Assembly: GCA_903813345.2 (NCBI GenBank)
Contig: CAIIXF020000001.1
Span: 496,001 to 560,000 of the forward strand
Source: Owenia fusiformis
Lineage: Eukaryota
Length of the DNA: 64,000 nucleotides
Direction of reading: 5' to 3'
Shown here: positions 39,723 to 51,864 of the stretch, piece after piece
Position numbering within the stretch: the stretch's first letter is position 1
How the letters are laid out: every line of letters begins with the position of its first letter
Made by a program: the position numbers and the translations under genes
The notes under the pieces: generated by a model
Told to the model about the DNA's origin: nothing
The model's input: the letters and a program-made list of their open reading frames with translations, nothing else
The model's database searches: none

Positions 39723-40500
39723 CGAGGGTTGTCCCAGAAGTAATGCACTATATGCTCAAACATTAATATTAAATCTTAATATGGTTGCTATAGCAACATG
39801 GGGGTAGGGGTGGGTGGGGCAGGTTCCAATTTTCTAATTATGAAAAGATCCAAAGTGTTATTTTATTAATATTTCTTTCTTTTAAATGATCAAAATGTTT
39901 GGGAAATTGTTAAATTTATTAAGCAAGGTGTTAACCAAATACAAAAAATGACATTTAGCACTGTGGTGTCATGATGCCACCGTTCATTAGTAACAAATTC
40001 AATTTCTGTCACAGTCAAGAAACTCCAAAAAAGCTGATAACAGAAGGCCTTGCGTTTGGTGGCCTAACTTCATACTTCGACTCACAGCCACACAAACTTA
40101 AGCTTCCATGAAGAAAGTATAAAAGGAGTATTCACCAGATAGAACTACAATTAAGAGGTGGCAGAAGAATTTCAAAAGGGACGACTGGACGCTGAATGAC
40201 AACTCCAAACATGGGAGGCAAAATCTCTTCAAGTCACAGTGGAAGAAATTGCTAAGAGTGTCTGACCTGACAGGCATCAAAAGTACATAACATGCAAATG
40301 GCAATATTTTGAGAAAATGTGAAATGGGACGCTGTGCAATATACATTCATTAAATCTAGGATGTGCTCATTGTAATTTAGTATCTTAAAATATATTTTGA
40401 GCTACACAAAATGGTATTTGTTGATTAATTATTTCACATTTTCAACTTTTGATTCCTTTTGACGTGACTGTATAACCTGCCCCACCCTACCCAAACTCAA
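39723..40500 (+). mobile_element. Truncated mariner-derived element with an HTH remnant
   Basis: TA|CGAGGGTTGTCCCAGAAGTAATGCAC. About 40090-40225 translates to SMKKV*KEYSPDRTTIKRWQKNFKRDDWTLNDNSKHGRQ (mariner HTH-like). 40070-40500 is the inverse of 43345-43760. Confidence 0.8.
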
Positions 40501-41062
40501 AGGTGGTCCTTTGATTAGTTATCCCTAATGCAGACAACGTATTTTTATCGTACCATAAAGGGAAACTTTTCAGCCGCAATTTTGCTTACTGTCGGCCATT
40601 CTGGAAGCTTTTACATAACTTTTTTCATCGCGATTAACCATCAACTTATTCTTTAATATTTTAATGAATACATATTCACTATTTTGTAAATTACAAGGAG
40701 CATATTTAGAAGGAAGAGGGACTAAAAATCACTTAGAAATGAAAAAGTCTTGGGGGAGGGGAGAAAAATAAAAATATTTCTTCAAAACTAAAAAACTTAT
40801 GGTTTTATTATTTTTCAGGCATCTGACAGACATGTTCAGAACCTCCCATATATATTTCATTGATATATGGCCACCATTTTTTTTACTTATTTGGATCAAA
40901 GCGAGACGCAGACAATTCTTCGCATCAATATGATATGGAAAACATTGTATCTCAGTCAAGCAATTTATGAAATAAGAACCCAACATCCCAATATCCCAAT
41001 ATCCTAACTCAGCCAGTATTCCCCCGATTACCTCAATTGCACATAACGCCTTTTTTGTCTTA

Positions 41063-41633
41063 ACCATACTATCACACCAAACTAGTTCTCACTACGTTCT
41101 CGAAAATGGGCTTAAACTGTGCACGAACGGATTTGACGTTCTAAGAACCCACTAAGAACCGTTTAGGATCTGTTTACAAACTTCATGAAACTACGAGAAC
41201 GAGTAGGTCCTCCAGAACTTAGAGCATGCTCAAAATTTTCTGGTGATCGTCAAAACGTTGCCGAATCGGTTTTAAACTGTGTGCGAACTGAATGAATGTA
41301 GCTACAACGTTCTATGGTCTGTTTACGAACTTCATGGACTTTCCCGGACGGGGAATGTGATTTAGAATTTTGAATCGATTCAAAATTCGATGGCGACCAT
41401 ACCGTTCTGTAATCAGGTCATGATAACCTTTTAGACTAAGGGACGCGTTATACGACGTTGCTCACCGACGTGGTGCGACCTGAACGCACTGCGAATGAGA
41501 TGGACGTATTGAAGACTGTTTATGAACGAAGTAGCTAATTATTTTAGACATATTTCCCGACCACAGCCAGATTGAGCCCGTTTTACGACGTTTTCGTAGG
41601 ACTGGCAAGAACGGGTTTGGTGTGATAGGGGGT
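41063..41633. mobile_element. TA-flanked MITE with TIR ...CTATCACACCAAAC
   Basis: TTA|ACCATACTATCACACCAAAC ... GTTTGGTGTGATAGGGGGT|TAG; second partial copy at 13227-13576. Confidence 0.8.
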
Positions 41634-41827
41634 TAGCTATAGCTACTAGTAGGATGAAAGAAAAATGTCCATGTCAGAAAAGTACAGGGTGAAATCCGAA
41701 CCCTCCCCTCTTCCCGCATTAAGGTTATTTTCTATTCTAAGTTGTCGCTTTAAATGTTATTTGGACTGTAACATTTAGGTTATACAAATAAAATCATTTG
41801 TTTATTTAAAAATAAGTGCAATGCTCT

Positions 41828-42603
41828 CACAATACTGGACATACAATGCTCTAACAATAATAGACATACAATAGTCTAACGATATTAGACATACAATAAT
41901 AGACATAGTGGATAAACAATAGCACATACAATACTCTAACAATAGTAAAGAAACAATAGTAGACATACAATAGTCTAACACTATTAGACATACAATAATA
42001 GACATAGATGATAAACAATAGCACATACAATACTCTAACAATAGCACATATAATGCTCTAATAATAGTAGAGATACAATAGTAGACATACAATAGTCTAA
42101 CTCTATAAGACATAAAATAATAGACATAGTTGATAAACAATAGCACATACTATACTCTAACAATAGCACATACAACTCTAACAATAGTAGACATACAATA
42201 GTTGACATACAATAATCTAACAATAGTTGAGAAACAAAAGTAGACATACAATCCTCTAACGATAGTAAACATACAATCATAGCCATAGTTGATAAACAAT
42301 AGTAGACATACAATAATCTAACAATAGTAGAGAAACAATAGTATACATACAATCCTCTAACGATAGTAGACATACAATAATAGACATAGTTGATAAACAA
42401 TAGTAGACATACAATACTCTTACAATAGCACATACAATACTCCAATAATAGTTGAGAAACTATAGTAGACATACAATACTCTACAAATAGCTGAGAAACA
42501 ATAGTAGATATACAATACTCTATTAATAGTAGACATACAATAGCTGACATACAATAATCTAACAATAGTTGCGAAACAATAGTTGAATACTCTAACAATT
42601 GTA
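41828..42603. repeat. Degenerate short-period tandem repeat (CAATAGTAGACATA / CAATACTCTAA modules)
   Basis: Directly visible; produces the repetitive YCMSTIV ORFs. Confidence 0.93.
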
Positions 42604-42635
42604 GAAATACGCTTTGTTATCAGTATTAATTTTGA

Positions 42636-43009
42636 AGAGAGAATCAGATCTAGCGAGCAGCATAACAAAAATTGTTTCAATTTTAGATTATTTTTGGCTA
42701 ATGTCATTCCTTTTCATGTCTATTTTCCAGAAATCCCCAAAGGCCACACTTTATTTCTGGAAAACTAAAGATTTTTACAATAATGTATTATTTTTCTATT
42801 GGAATGGTTACCATTCTTATTGTTTGGAAGAATTTAAACATTTTTCATCCATTTTGGCAGTTTGAATCCATCATAACTTCAACAATTTATACTACATGTA
42901 TATCATGAATCTTTGGGAGATATTGTATTTGAGATTGTAAAGAACAGATTGGTAGGTCAATTGTACATGTTGCTTGTAATTTTGTCACCCCATAGATCTG
43001 ATTCTGCCT
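42636..43009. mobile_element. Kolobok-like MITE, copy 1 (AG...CT ends, TTAA site)
   Basis: AGAGAGAATCAGATCTA ... TAGATCTGATTCTGCCT|TTAA; homologous copy at 49301-49664. Confidence 0.75.
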
Positions 43010-43179
43010 TTAATATACTTTGGTTATACACTACTATGGATGAAAATTAATTTTCTCACAGAGGAAGGATCAATTCTATGGCAATTGTCAGATTGTATCG
43101 AAAATATTGACTTTCATTCCAAACACAACATTCAAAACACCAAGGTTTGATCATGCCATACTAGATAACTATAGAATTA

Positions 43180-43884
43180 CGAGGGTTGTCCCAGAAGTAA
43201 TGCACTAAATGCTCTAATTATAACTTTATCAATAATTGATATTTTTCATGAAATTTTCAGTAAATGTTCCTTAGAGACATTTTGATTATTCTACAAATGT
43301 TCATGTTGACTGATAAAACTATATTGATGTCATAATAAAATCAAGTTGGTGAGTTTGGGTGGGGTGGGGCAGGTTATACAGTCACGTAAAAAGGAATAAC
43401 AAATTAAAAATATGAGATAATTAATCAACAAATACCATTTTGTGTAGCTGTAAGAAGTATGCTCAAAAATACATTTTAAGATACTAAATTACTATGAGCA
43501 CATCCTAGATTTAATGGATGAGTATTGTACAGTGTGCCATTTCACATTTTCTCAAAATATTGCCCTTTGCGTGTTATGTACTTTTGATGCCTGTCAGTTA
43601 AAACACTCTTGGCAATTTCTTCCACTGTGACTTGTGGACTTTTTGCCTCCCATGTTTGGAGTTGCCATCCATAATTGTAGTACTGTTCTATCTGGTATAT
43701 ACTCCTTATATGCTTTCTTCATGGTAGCATAAATTTTGCGTGGCTGTGAGTCCAAGTGAAGTATGAAATGCTGAAACTTCAGGATATAATAGATAAAACT
43801 TCAATTGTTATATACACAAAATTTCAGCTGAATTGAAGAATATTAAAGAAAGCATATATTACATTACTCCTGGAACAACCCTCG
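43180..43884 (-). mobile_element. Mariner-derived MITE with both TIRs and TA TSD
   Basis: TA|CGAGGGTTGTCCCAGAAGTAATG ... CATTACTCCTGGAACAACCCTCG|TA; same family as 39723. Confidence 0.88.
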
Positions 43885-46851
43885 TATTTCCTCCAATTGG
43901 TATTTGTTAAACAACCAGTTTGCTATTGGCCCTCACCTAAGTCATAATTCAGAAAAGAGGGTGTGCGATCCAACAAAAGATTAATATATAATATCTTCTT
44001 TCCTATAAATGAGAGAAGGAGATGAGCTGCAGTGGAGATTGATTATTTGTGTGTGGAACACTTCGCAATTCAATAACTTCTCGCAACTTCGCTATTTAGG
44101 TGTTTCGTATCAGAAAAGCTGAATAATGAACTATCATAGCGGATGGCACTGATGAAAAGTTCCTTTTTAACAAACTAATTGCCTTCTGATCATTATCTAA
44201 AAATAGAGATCCGAATGCACGGACGTCAAAGACAAAGCTGATTCCTATAAATCTAGCATAAAGCCTTGAGGATTATTTATTGATGGAAGATCAACATTAT
44301 CTAATGACTACTGATCTCTGGTTGACATTCAATTGTGGTGTAACTGTTGGGCAATTTGTAGATGAGAGATATATATATAGCATATAATGCAATTTTGGAT
44401 GAGATATTGTGCAGAAAGTCAGTAATACAATTACGGATATGCTATGATATTTCAATATTTAAGCTTCTATGTTGACAGGGATATCCTAGAGTATAGATTT
44501 GAAAATGACAAAATTTACTGAGACAAAATAATATGACCTTCAAATATATATTCTATATTCAATAAACAGGAGTTTATACATCACATTGGAACAAGATGAT
44601 CCCAGGTGGCATATAGAACAACAACCTGTAAGTGGAACATAATAGAACAGAAAATAAAAGTAAACCACAGATACTTGGAATGTTTGTACCAAACAGGCGG
44701 TAATTGATAATATCTTACAGGATGTTGTAATAGACATCTCCGTTCGTAACATGTATACTAAAGAGTAGTTATAAGTTTAGTGTAAGCAATTTTTAGAACC
44801 AAATAGACAAGCTGCCAAACAATGAATGCCAACTAATTTCTTTACATCGCCTTGTTACCTGGTTACACGTTGTGGCTATGTTGGAATCTGTTATAATCGT
44901 GCATTTGAAGATATGGATAAGGGCGTTGAATAACAGAACACGGAGTACATAAAATTTCACCGGCAGTAATTTAATTATAAGGCAATTGCTATGGTAAGTA
45001 GGAAAATTATACTGTGAACATAATCTTTATTTCAAATTGATCTATTAGTTTTTTCCCTACGCAACATTGTAAAGTTCAAGAAGTTGTAAAGGTTTACACT
45101 TGATTACAATTGCACACATGAGTAGAGACAGAATAGGACAGATAAGTGAAACATATTATATAAACATCGGATTCACAAGGCTCAGTTATGCAGTATATAT
45201 TCATTTTCAGTTTTAATATCTAATAGTAATTTGTTAGATACAAAGACCCAGCTCATTTTCATATTTCTCTCAAGTCATTATTGAGGTTGACTGAGATCCA
45301 TTCGAGTAATGGAGAGATCCACTAGACTTGATTTTGAGTTCTCCTACATTGACAAATGGTTTTTGCTTTCTTGTAATTGAAGCTTTCAAAATGGGATTCC
45401 CTTGAGGATAGCGTTGAGTGTTAGTATCAGCTATGATGCCAAATTTTACTTGGGAGATAACAATCTCGCCAACGTAATAACATAATATCAAATCATGATC
45501 ACGAAATCCCGTAGCTTGCCTGTTAGAGAAGCTCTTTTCGACCGTTGTCACCAAATGGCATCAGAGACTGAAATTAAGTCTGCCGGCCATTTCTGTCAAA
45601 CTCTTGATCTGAGCATATTTTTTAAATCGATATATTTTGCTTGATTTCTGCGACAAAAAGTAAGTCGATGAGAATATAGAAATGATAAAATCAAAGAGAT
45701 ACAAGGGCATGGAACATTTTATTTGGACTGAAGTCGCCTATCGATGAATAATTTATATAAGAAAAACCATTTCTCAAAAATATTAGTTCATTACAAGAGA
45801 ATTTAGTACAATACAATTATTCAAGATTTTAAAGTTCATGTAAATGATTTTCTCATTTTATCATATTCGGAATCTATAATGACATAAGAAAAAGAAATGC
45901 TTCACGCACTTCTCAACCACATAATGTGCCTAGGTGCTGCGTTCGCTTTTTTAAATAAAGCCTTTTCATCTTTAGTAACTCCCAATATTCGACAAAATTT
46001 CAACAGATAAACACAAATAAATGGCAAAAACAGAAAATATCATGACACTGTTCTATGCCGAAGCTATTACAAGTGACGTTCATGTTATGTGCCGGGTAGA
46101 AAAGCCAGTTATCTAAGTCATCAATTGGACAGTTTGCTAATTGTAAACTTATAGAGTAAAGGCTATTTTGACTTAATTTCTGATATTTGACGAAGCCATT
46201 TAATGGTAGCATAGCCAATTATGGCAGAGTTATGACGTCCAGTCCCGTCCTGCATTACCTTCTCTTGCCTTTCGTGATCATATATCCCATTAAGGTGGCA
46301 CTTAAGATGCTGAGCATGTACTCAACATTCTCTAATATAATAAAGGTAGCCCTAAGAGGATCTTTATTCCTTGAACCATTCACATTTATCAAGTGTAGAC
46401 GTTATAACCAGTCTGTAATACAATTTTACATTAGTAATGCACACGCATATATTTCTCGTATACCTTTTTAATCAAATCAGTTACCGTGTATGAAGATAAC
46501 CATAATCATTAACACATTGCTAACTCATACTTTAAAATCTAAATCAGATCAACAATTTGAAAATGGTTACAATGGTACCCAAATCGCTTTCTTGCCTTGT
46601 TCTGGCAAAATAAAGATGTCGCAAAGGAGGACGGAAAGTATCGCAACAGATTTCGGACAGTCATATGTTGGATTTTGGATATTTTCTTAGAATTAAAACA
46701 GGTGTATATGTTAGGACAATGTGTTACCTCCAGGCAAAGCACCCATAGAGATAATGAAATACTTTCGATTATGAGACAGGGAAGATGCAAACCACCCATC
46801 CACATGTTTTTCTGATATGTTGTTCTGATTTTTAACCCCTTCCACCCCTGC

Positions 46852-48074
46852 TTTTTATCGTACCTAACAAAAGGTTCGATATTGTAGTCAGCTTGACGGG
46901 CGGGCGGGCGGCGGGTGGGCGGGCGGCGGGCGGCGTCTCACTTTTCAGCTTGTCTACAGGTTTCCAGTCAAACCATTTGAGGGATTCATCTGAAATTTTC
47001 AGGGATGTTTCTACATATCAACGTCAAGAACTGATTAGTTTTTGCGCATTCTGGGTAAATCATAAGGTGGCCATTTTTGATTTTCCGTCCTAAAATCTTC
47101 ACTTTCAAGACTTGTCTACAGGTTTCCAGCCAAACCATTTGAGGGATTCATCTGAAATTTTCAGGGATGTTTCTACATATCAACGTCAAGAACTGATTTG
47201 TTTTTGGGCATTCTGGGTAAATTTTAAGGTGGCCATTTTGAATTTTCCGTCCTAAAATCTTCACTTTCAAGACTTGTCTACAGGTTTTCAGCCAAACCAT
47301 TTGAGGGATTCATCTGAAATTTTCAGGGATGTTTCTATCTACATATCAACGTCAAGAACTGATCAGTTTTTGGGCATTCTGGGTAAATTTTAAGGTGGCC
47401 ATTTTGGATTTTCCGTCCTAAAATCTTTACTTTCAAGACTTGTCTACAGGTTTCCAGCCAAACCTTTTGAGGGATTCATCTGAAATTTTCAGGGATGTTT
47501 CTACATATCAACGTCAAGAACTGATTAGTTTTTGAGCATTCTGGTTAAATTTTAAGGTGGCCATTTTGGATTTTCTGTCCTAAAATCTTCACTTTCAGGA
47601 CTTGTCTACAGATTTTCAGCCAAACCTTTTGAGGGATTCATCTGAAATTTTCAGGGATGTTTCTACATATCAACGTCAAGAACTGATTAGTTTTTGGGCA
47701 TTCTGGTTAAATTTTAAGGTGGCCATTTTGGATTTTCTGTCCTAAAATCTTCACTTTCAAGACTTTTCTACAGATTTTCAGCCAAACCATTTGAAGGATT
47801 CATCTGAAATTTTCAGGGATATTTCTACATATCAACGTCAAGAACTGATTGGTTTTTTGGGCATTCTGGGTAAATTTAAGGTGGGCATTTTGGATTTTCC
47901 GTCCTTTCAAGACTTGTCTACAGGTTTCCAGCCAAACCGTTCAAAGTTTTACATATGTTACACAGTGATAAGTTCTAGAGCTGATTAACTTTTCTGCGGC
48001 AATCTTGCTTTCTTGGTCAACAAGACCACAATGCTGTGTTTTAGGTACGATATTGTTCATGTCTGTGCCTTGTT
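46852..48074 (+). mobile_element. Complete Helentron/HINE-type non-autonomous element with an internal 162-bp tandem array
   Basis: TTTTT-ATCGTACCT-aacaaa-AGGTTCGAT 5' subTIR hairpin; (GGGC/GGC)n microsatellite about 46897-46935; about six 162-bp units (46949, 47111, 47273, 47439, 47601, 47763); 3' subTIR AGGTACGAT at 48043, ending ...CCTTGTT. Confidence 0.85.
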
Positions 48075-48126
48075 AATTTTTGTTGCGTAAACGTGCTGCG
48101 TTTTGACACAAAGTTAACCCCTTTAA

Positions 48127-48267
48127 AGGAATAAGTAATCCCTTCTGGGGTTTAATAGATATCCATTATGGTGACCAAATTTAAACTGAAAGCAATGGAT
48201 CATATGAGTTTTCCCTATGGAAAAATAACATGTTTTCCACTTTATCTAAAAGGAACTACTTATTCCT
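48127..48267. mobile_element. Tiny Kolobok-like MITE (141 bp) with TTAA TSD
   Basis: TTAA|AGGAATAAGTA ... TACTTATTCCT|TTAA, a perfect inverted match. Confidence 0.75.
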
Positions 48268-48619
48268 TTAAAGACGTTAACTGTATCTCAAAACGCAACA
48301 TTTTGATGCATCAAAAACTTGTGGGTGGGTTGCTTGCACCTTCCGTCTCAAAGTATTTTTTCACGTAGGTTATGCATTGGCCTAACATATGCACCTGTTT
48401 AAATCTTCAGAAAACAGACAAAATTCAACATATGATCACTCTTTGAAATCTGTTGCGATACTTTCCGTGCTCCTTTCAAGTCTGAAAAAATGTCGAGCCC
48501 CTAACTCGGAAAATCGGGCCCAAAATTGGAAAATCGCAGGCTTAAAAAGGCCCAGTGACAGTAAGAAAGAGATCAAAAGGTGGATTGGATCGAGTGGATC
48601 GGATCCATGTAAAAGGTTG

Positions 48620-49068
48620 TAAAAATTGACATTCCTATGTTAAACCAATAGGAACTGATTTGTGGGAACTAGTTTGTCGCAAGGCATATGATAGAATTTC
48701 AATCTATCAGAATTCTCGCAAATAAACAAATTATGTAGGAAATTGAATTTGCAAACTTTGTTTAACAAAAAGTGATGTTTCTTCACGTTCATCAAAGTTA
48801 TAGGCCTCCAAAGTCAAAAATATTTTTCAGGAAACCCCTCAAATTGAAATAGCACAGGATGCGAAAAATGATTTTCAAAAATGATTTTGAAGCTCTGTAA
48901 CTTTAATGTTCTAAAGTAAACTTAAAAGCGTACAAAAATGTTAAACAATTCAATTTTCTATATAAAAATATATTTTGGTGAAGCATTTACTAAATAGATA
49001 TTCAGAAATCTGATTCGCCCCGAACCTACCATTTCCCATTGGTTTACATAGGAATGACAATTTTTAAA
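48620..49068. repeat. Diverged palindromic (foldback) MITE core, centre about 48845
   Basis: AAAAATTGACATTCCTATGTTAAACCAAT vs ATTGGTTTACATAGGAATGACAATTTTT, plus further nested inverted blocks. Confidence 0.7.
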
Positions 49069-49300
49069 AATTGATCAAAGTAATCAGTTTTCGACCTATT
49101 CTAATTGAGAAAAAATGGAAACATTTAGAGGTTTTGGAAATAAAGTCAAGTTACATTTTCACTCTTACCATAAGTATTTTCATTGCTGGCTTTGTAAATA
49201 AATTTCAAAAATAAAGAGGCTTTAACACGTAGACAAATGAGGGAGTTAAGGTTGCCAAACTATTGACACTCCCCTCCAAATGGAGGTGAGTGTAAATATT

Positions 49301-49664
49301 AGAGAGAATCAGATATAGCGAGCAGGCTAAACAAAAAGTCGTTTCAATTTTAGAATATTTTTCATTCCTTGTCATGTCTATTTTCTAAAAATCACAAAAG
49401 TGGATACTTTATTCCAGGAAAACTAAAGATTTTTACAATAATGTATTGTTTTTCTATAAAAATGGTTACCATTCTTATTATTTGGGAGAATTTAAACATT
49501 TTTCACTCATTTTTGCAATTGGAATCATTAATAACTTCACCAATTTATAACATATTGTGAATCTTTTGGGAGATATTGTATTTGATATTGTAAGAGACAG
49601 ATTGGTAGGTCAATTATACATGTTGCCTGTAATTCTGTCACCCCCTATAGAGCAGATTCTGCCT
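49301..49664. mobile_element. Kolobok-like MITE, copy 2
   Basis: Aligns end to end with 42636-43009 and ends in GCCT|TTAA. Confidence 0.75.
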
Positions 49665-49959
49665 TTAAGTCAAATGTCTTACTAGCTCGTTTATTAAGCG
49701 TCCGAGGAATTTCATACCATGGACTAATTCAATCATGCAATAGTACTATCATGATAAGCAATTGTCTTATTCAAACGACAAGTTGAACATATCTTAATTT
49801 GACTTGTCCTAGTCATTCACTATGTTCCATCATTCATGTCTGAAATTGAACTGATATGAAGAAAAGCTGCTGCTTTTTATGATATAGATCTAGTAGAGGG
49901 AAATCATAAATCAAATATATCTATTTGCATGATCATCTCGAAGCAGAAGTGACCCTTAA

Positions 49960-51864
49960 AGGGTGACGATAAGCATCCCGTATAAAAACAATATGGCGGC
50001 TCCAGGTGAATCAACTGGATCAGTCCATTTTTAAGAAATAAGGGGAGTTCTGTAAAATCCAGTGTATTAAAATTGTCTTTGAGATAAAGTAATCCGTTTA
50101 TAATGATTTTGAAAACATTATCCATAGAGTGATTGCGTTCAAAGAATATGTACAACACCGTGGTCAGAGGTAACGCGGCGCAGTCAAGCATATCTGTTCA
50201 AAACGAGGCTGCAACGCGGCAAAGGCACAAAATGGCCACTCAATGGAAGGTCGAAAGGGCGGTAAGATTATTCATAAGCTTCATACACTAGTTTGTGTCT
50301 GCTACAGTTATAATAGCATATACCATTCGGTGGAGAACTTCACAGAGTATGTCTATGTGAAACTTCTTGAAATTTAGTCAATCAGGGAAATACATTCCAA
50401 GTCAATCAAAGTCAATCACTTACTGAAATTTGACAATTGTGGCATTTTTCTAGCTTAAATTCTATGTTTTTGACTTTGTCACTTGACACATATCTATTAA
50501 ATCACGTATATACCACGGTAATCTCTATTTCTTCAAAGTTTCATCACTGTTTGCCTTCTGGTAACCGATTCTGGGTGGAAAACCAGGTATATTTTGGAAA
50601 CGCAGTTCAGACACTTCGGCAACGCGGGTTCAGACATCATACATATTTGACAAAACTGGAAACGCAGTGACAGCAATGCAGCTGATGTTCTATCGTGTAC
50701 GATAATTACATTATCAAAGCATTTTTTAGGTGCCCAGCGGACCTCGGGAAATGGGGTTGTTGGCCTCCTCCCCCTATCTGGTGATATAAATTTCCGTTTA
50801 TTCCCCTCGACATTTATGTTTATTTTAGAATTTCTCCCTATTCTTCGTCTCTTCGTTCTGTATAGGGATAGATTGGTATTGCTTGATCTTTTTCTGAAAA
50901 AAGTCACATGCCTTATTAAATCAAAATCCTCGACAGAAAAGCATGATGCAAAACTTCTTTATACTTTATAATACAGAGAAGGTTGATGCCTGCACCGCGT
51001 TGCCATACAATTTAATCTATGCTATCGACGCGTTGCCATAATTGCTGAAAATGACTGCGCCGCGTTTCCGGCTAGTTCAATTTTGTAAGCAGATTGCGAT
51101 GAAAATAAACAAAAGTTTCAATCTTAATTTGTATTGTACATTCTATAAGTATCAGGCTATTGAATGTCAATGTTAAATTTGCTCATGAGTGGCGAAATAC
51201 CTCCTTAATTGGAATAAGAAGATAGGTCAAGAGAAATAGGATCGGGAAATCATATCTGCGTTGACTATTTCTTTACTCTGGTCAATGCCTGAACAGAAAT
51301 TCTTATAGCTTTACATGCCTTAAGGGGTTGATTACCGAGTGTGAAGCATGGGTTTTCAAAAACTTACCTATGTTTCGAGGAAACAGAGGACGAAGTGCCT
51401 CCGATAATTGGAGTTGCCTCCATTTTGTGTCTTTACCGCGTTGCAGCCTCGTTTTGAACAGATATGCTTGACTGCGCCGCGTTACCTATACCCACCTTGT
51501 ACAACAGCCAATATAAATCCTTGTATTAGAACTGCTTTGTTTCATTTGTAGGAGATTTCATATGCCAAGCTGTGTGCTATTACGTTATGGGGAAAAGATG
51601 TCAATTTTTCCTTATTATACACAAATAGAAGATCCTGAAACTTCACCCATAAATATGGAATTGATTTTTCAAAACAAAAATCACCCTTTTATAAATATGT
51701 GACGATCTATAATATACTTATACTATATAAAAGTTAGAGGTGTTGACACAACGACCTCGAGCCTGTGAACCCTTGAGTATTATTCCGGGATCGGGCCTTT
51801 TATACTAAACGGTGAGCAACACCAGAAACGAGCGTTCGATTTGCTAAACGATATGCGTCACCCT
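49960..51864. mobile_element. Kolobok-like element with TTAA TSD, hosting a nested TIR element
   Basis: TTAA|AGGGTGACG ... CGTCACCCT|TTAA. Paralogous empty site at about 61382-61406. The right end has diverged inverted relatives at about 36439-36540 and 38130-38230. Confidence 0.85.
50156..51499 (-). mobile_element. Nested DNA transposon with ~85-bp TIRs; Transib/RAG-like (5-bp TSD) or MULE-like (9-bp TSD)
   Basis: TIR core AGGTAACGCGGCGCAGTCAAGCATATCTGTTCAAAACGAGGCTGCAACGCGG is perfectly inverted at both ends. Flanking direct repeat TACAA (extendable to TGTACAACA). Ends are CACCGTGG and CAAGGTGG (rc). Confidence 0.85.

Noticed and set aside
41802-42707. Longest ORF in the window (187 aa, hydrophobic) as a membrane protein
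   Set aside because: It lies entirely in a low-complexity tandem repeat and repeats YCMSTIV-like words.
45270-45554. 94-aa minus-strand ORF as a coding exon
   Set aside because: No recognisable domain, the nearby acceptor gives early stops in every phase, and I saw no counterpart in paralogous copy B.
49733-49816. Conserved 27-aa minus-strand micro-ORF (MTRTSQIKICSTCRLNKTIAYHDSTIA; paralog at 61154-61237)
   Set aside because: All four differences between the copies are non-synonymous, so there is no sign of coding selection.
49795-49820. miR-279-like seed (TGACTAG) on the minus strand
   Set aside because: Only the seed matches and I saw no precursor hairpin around it.
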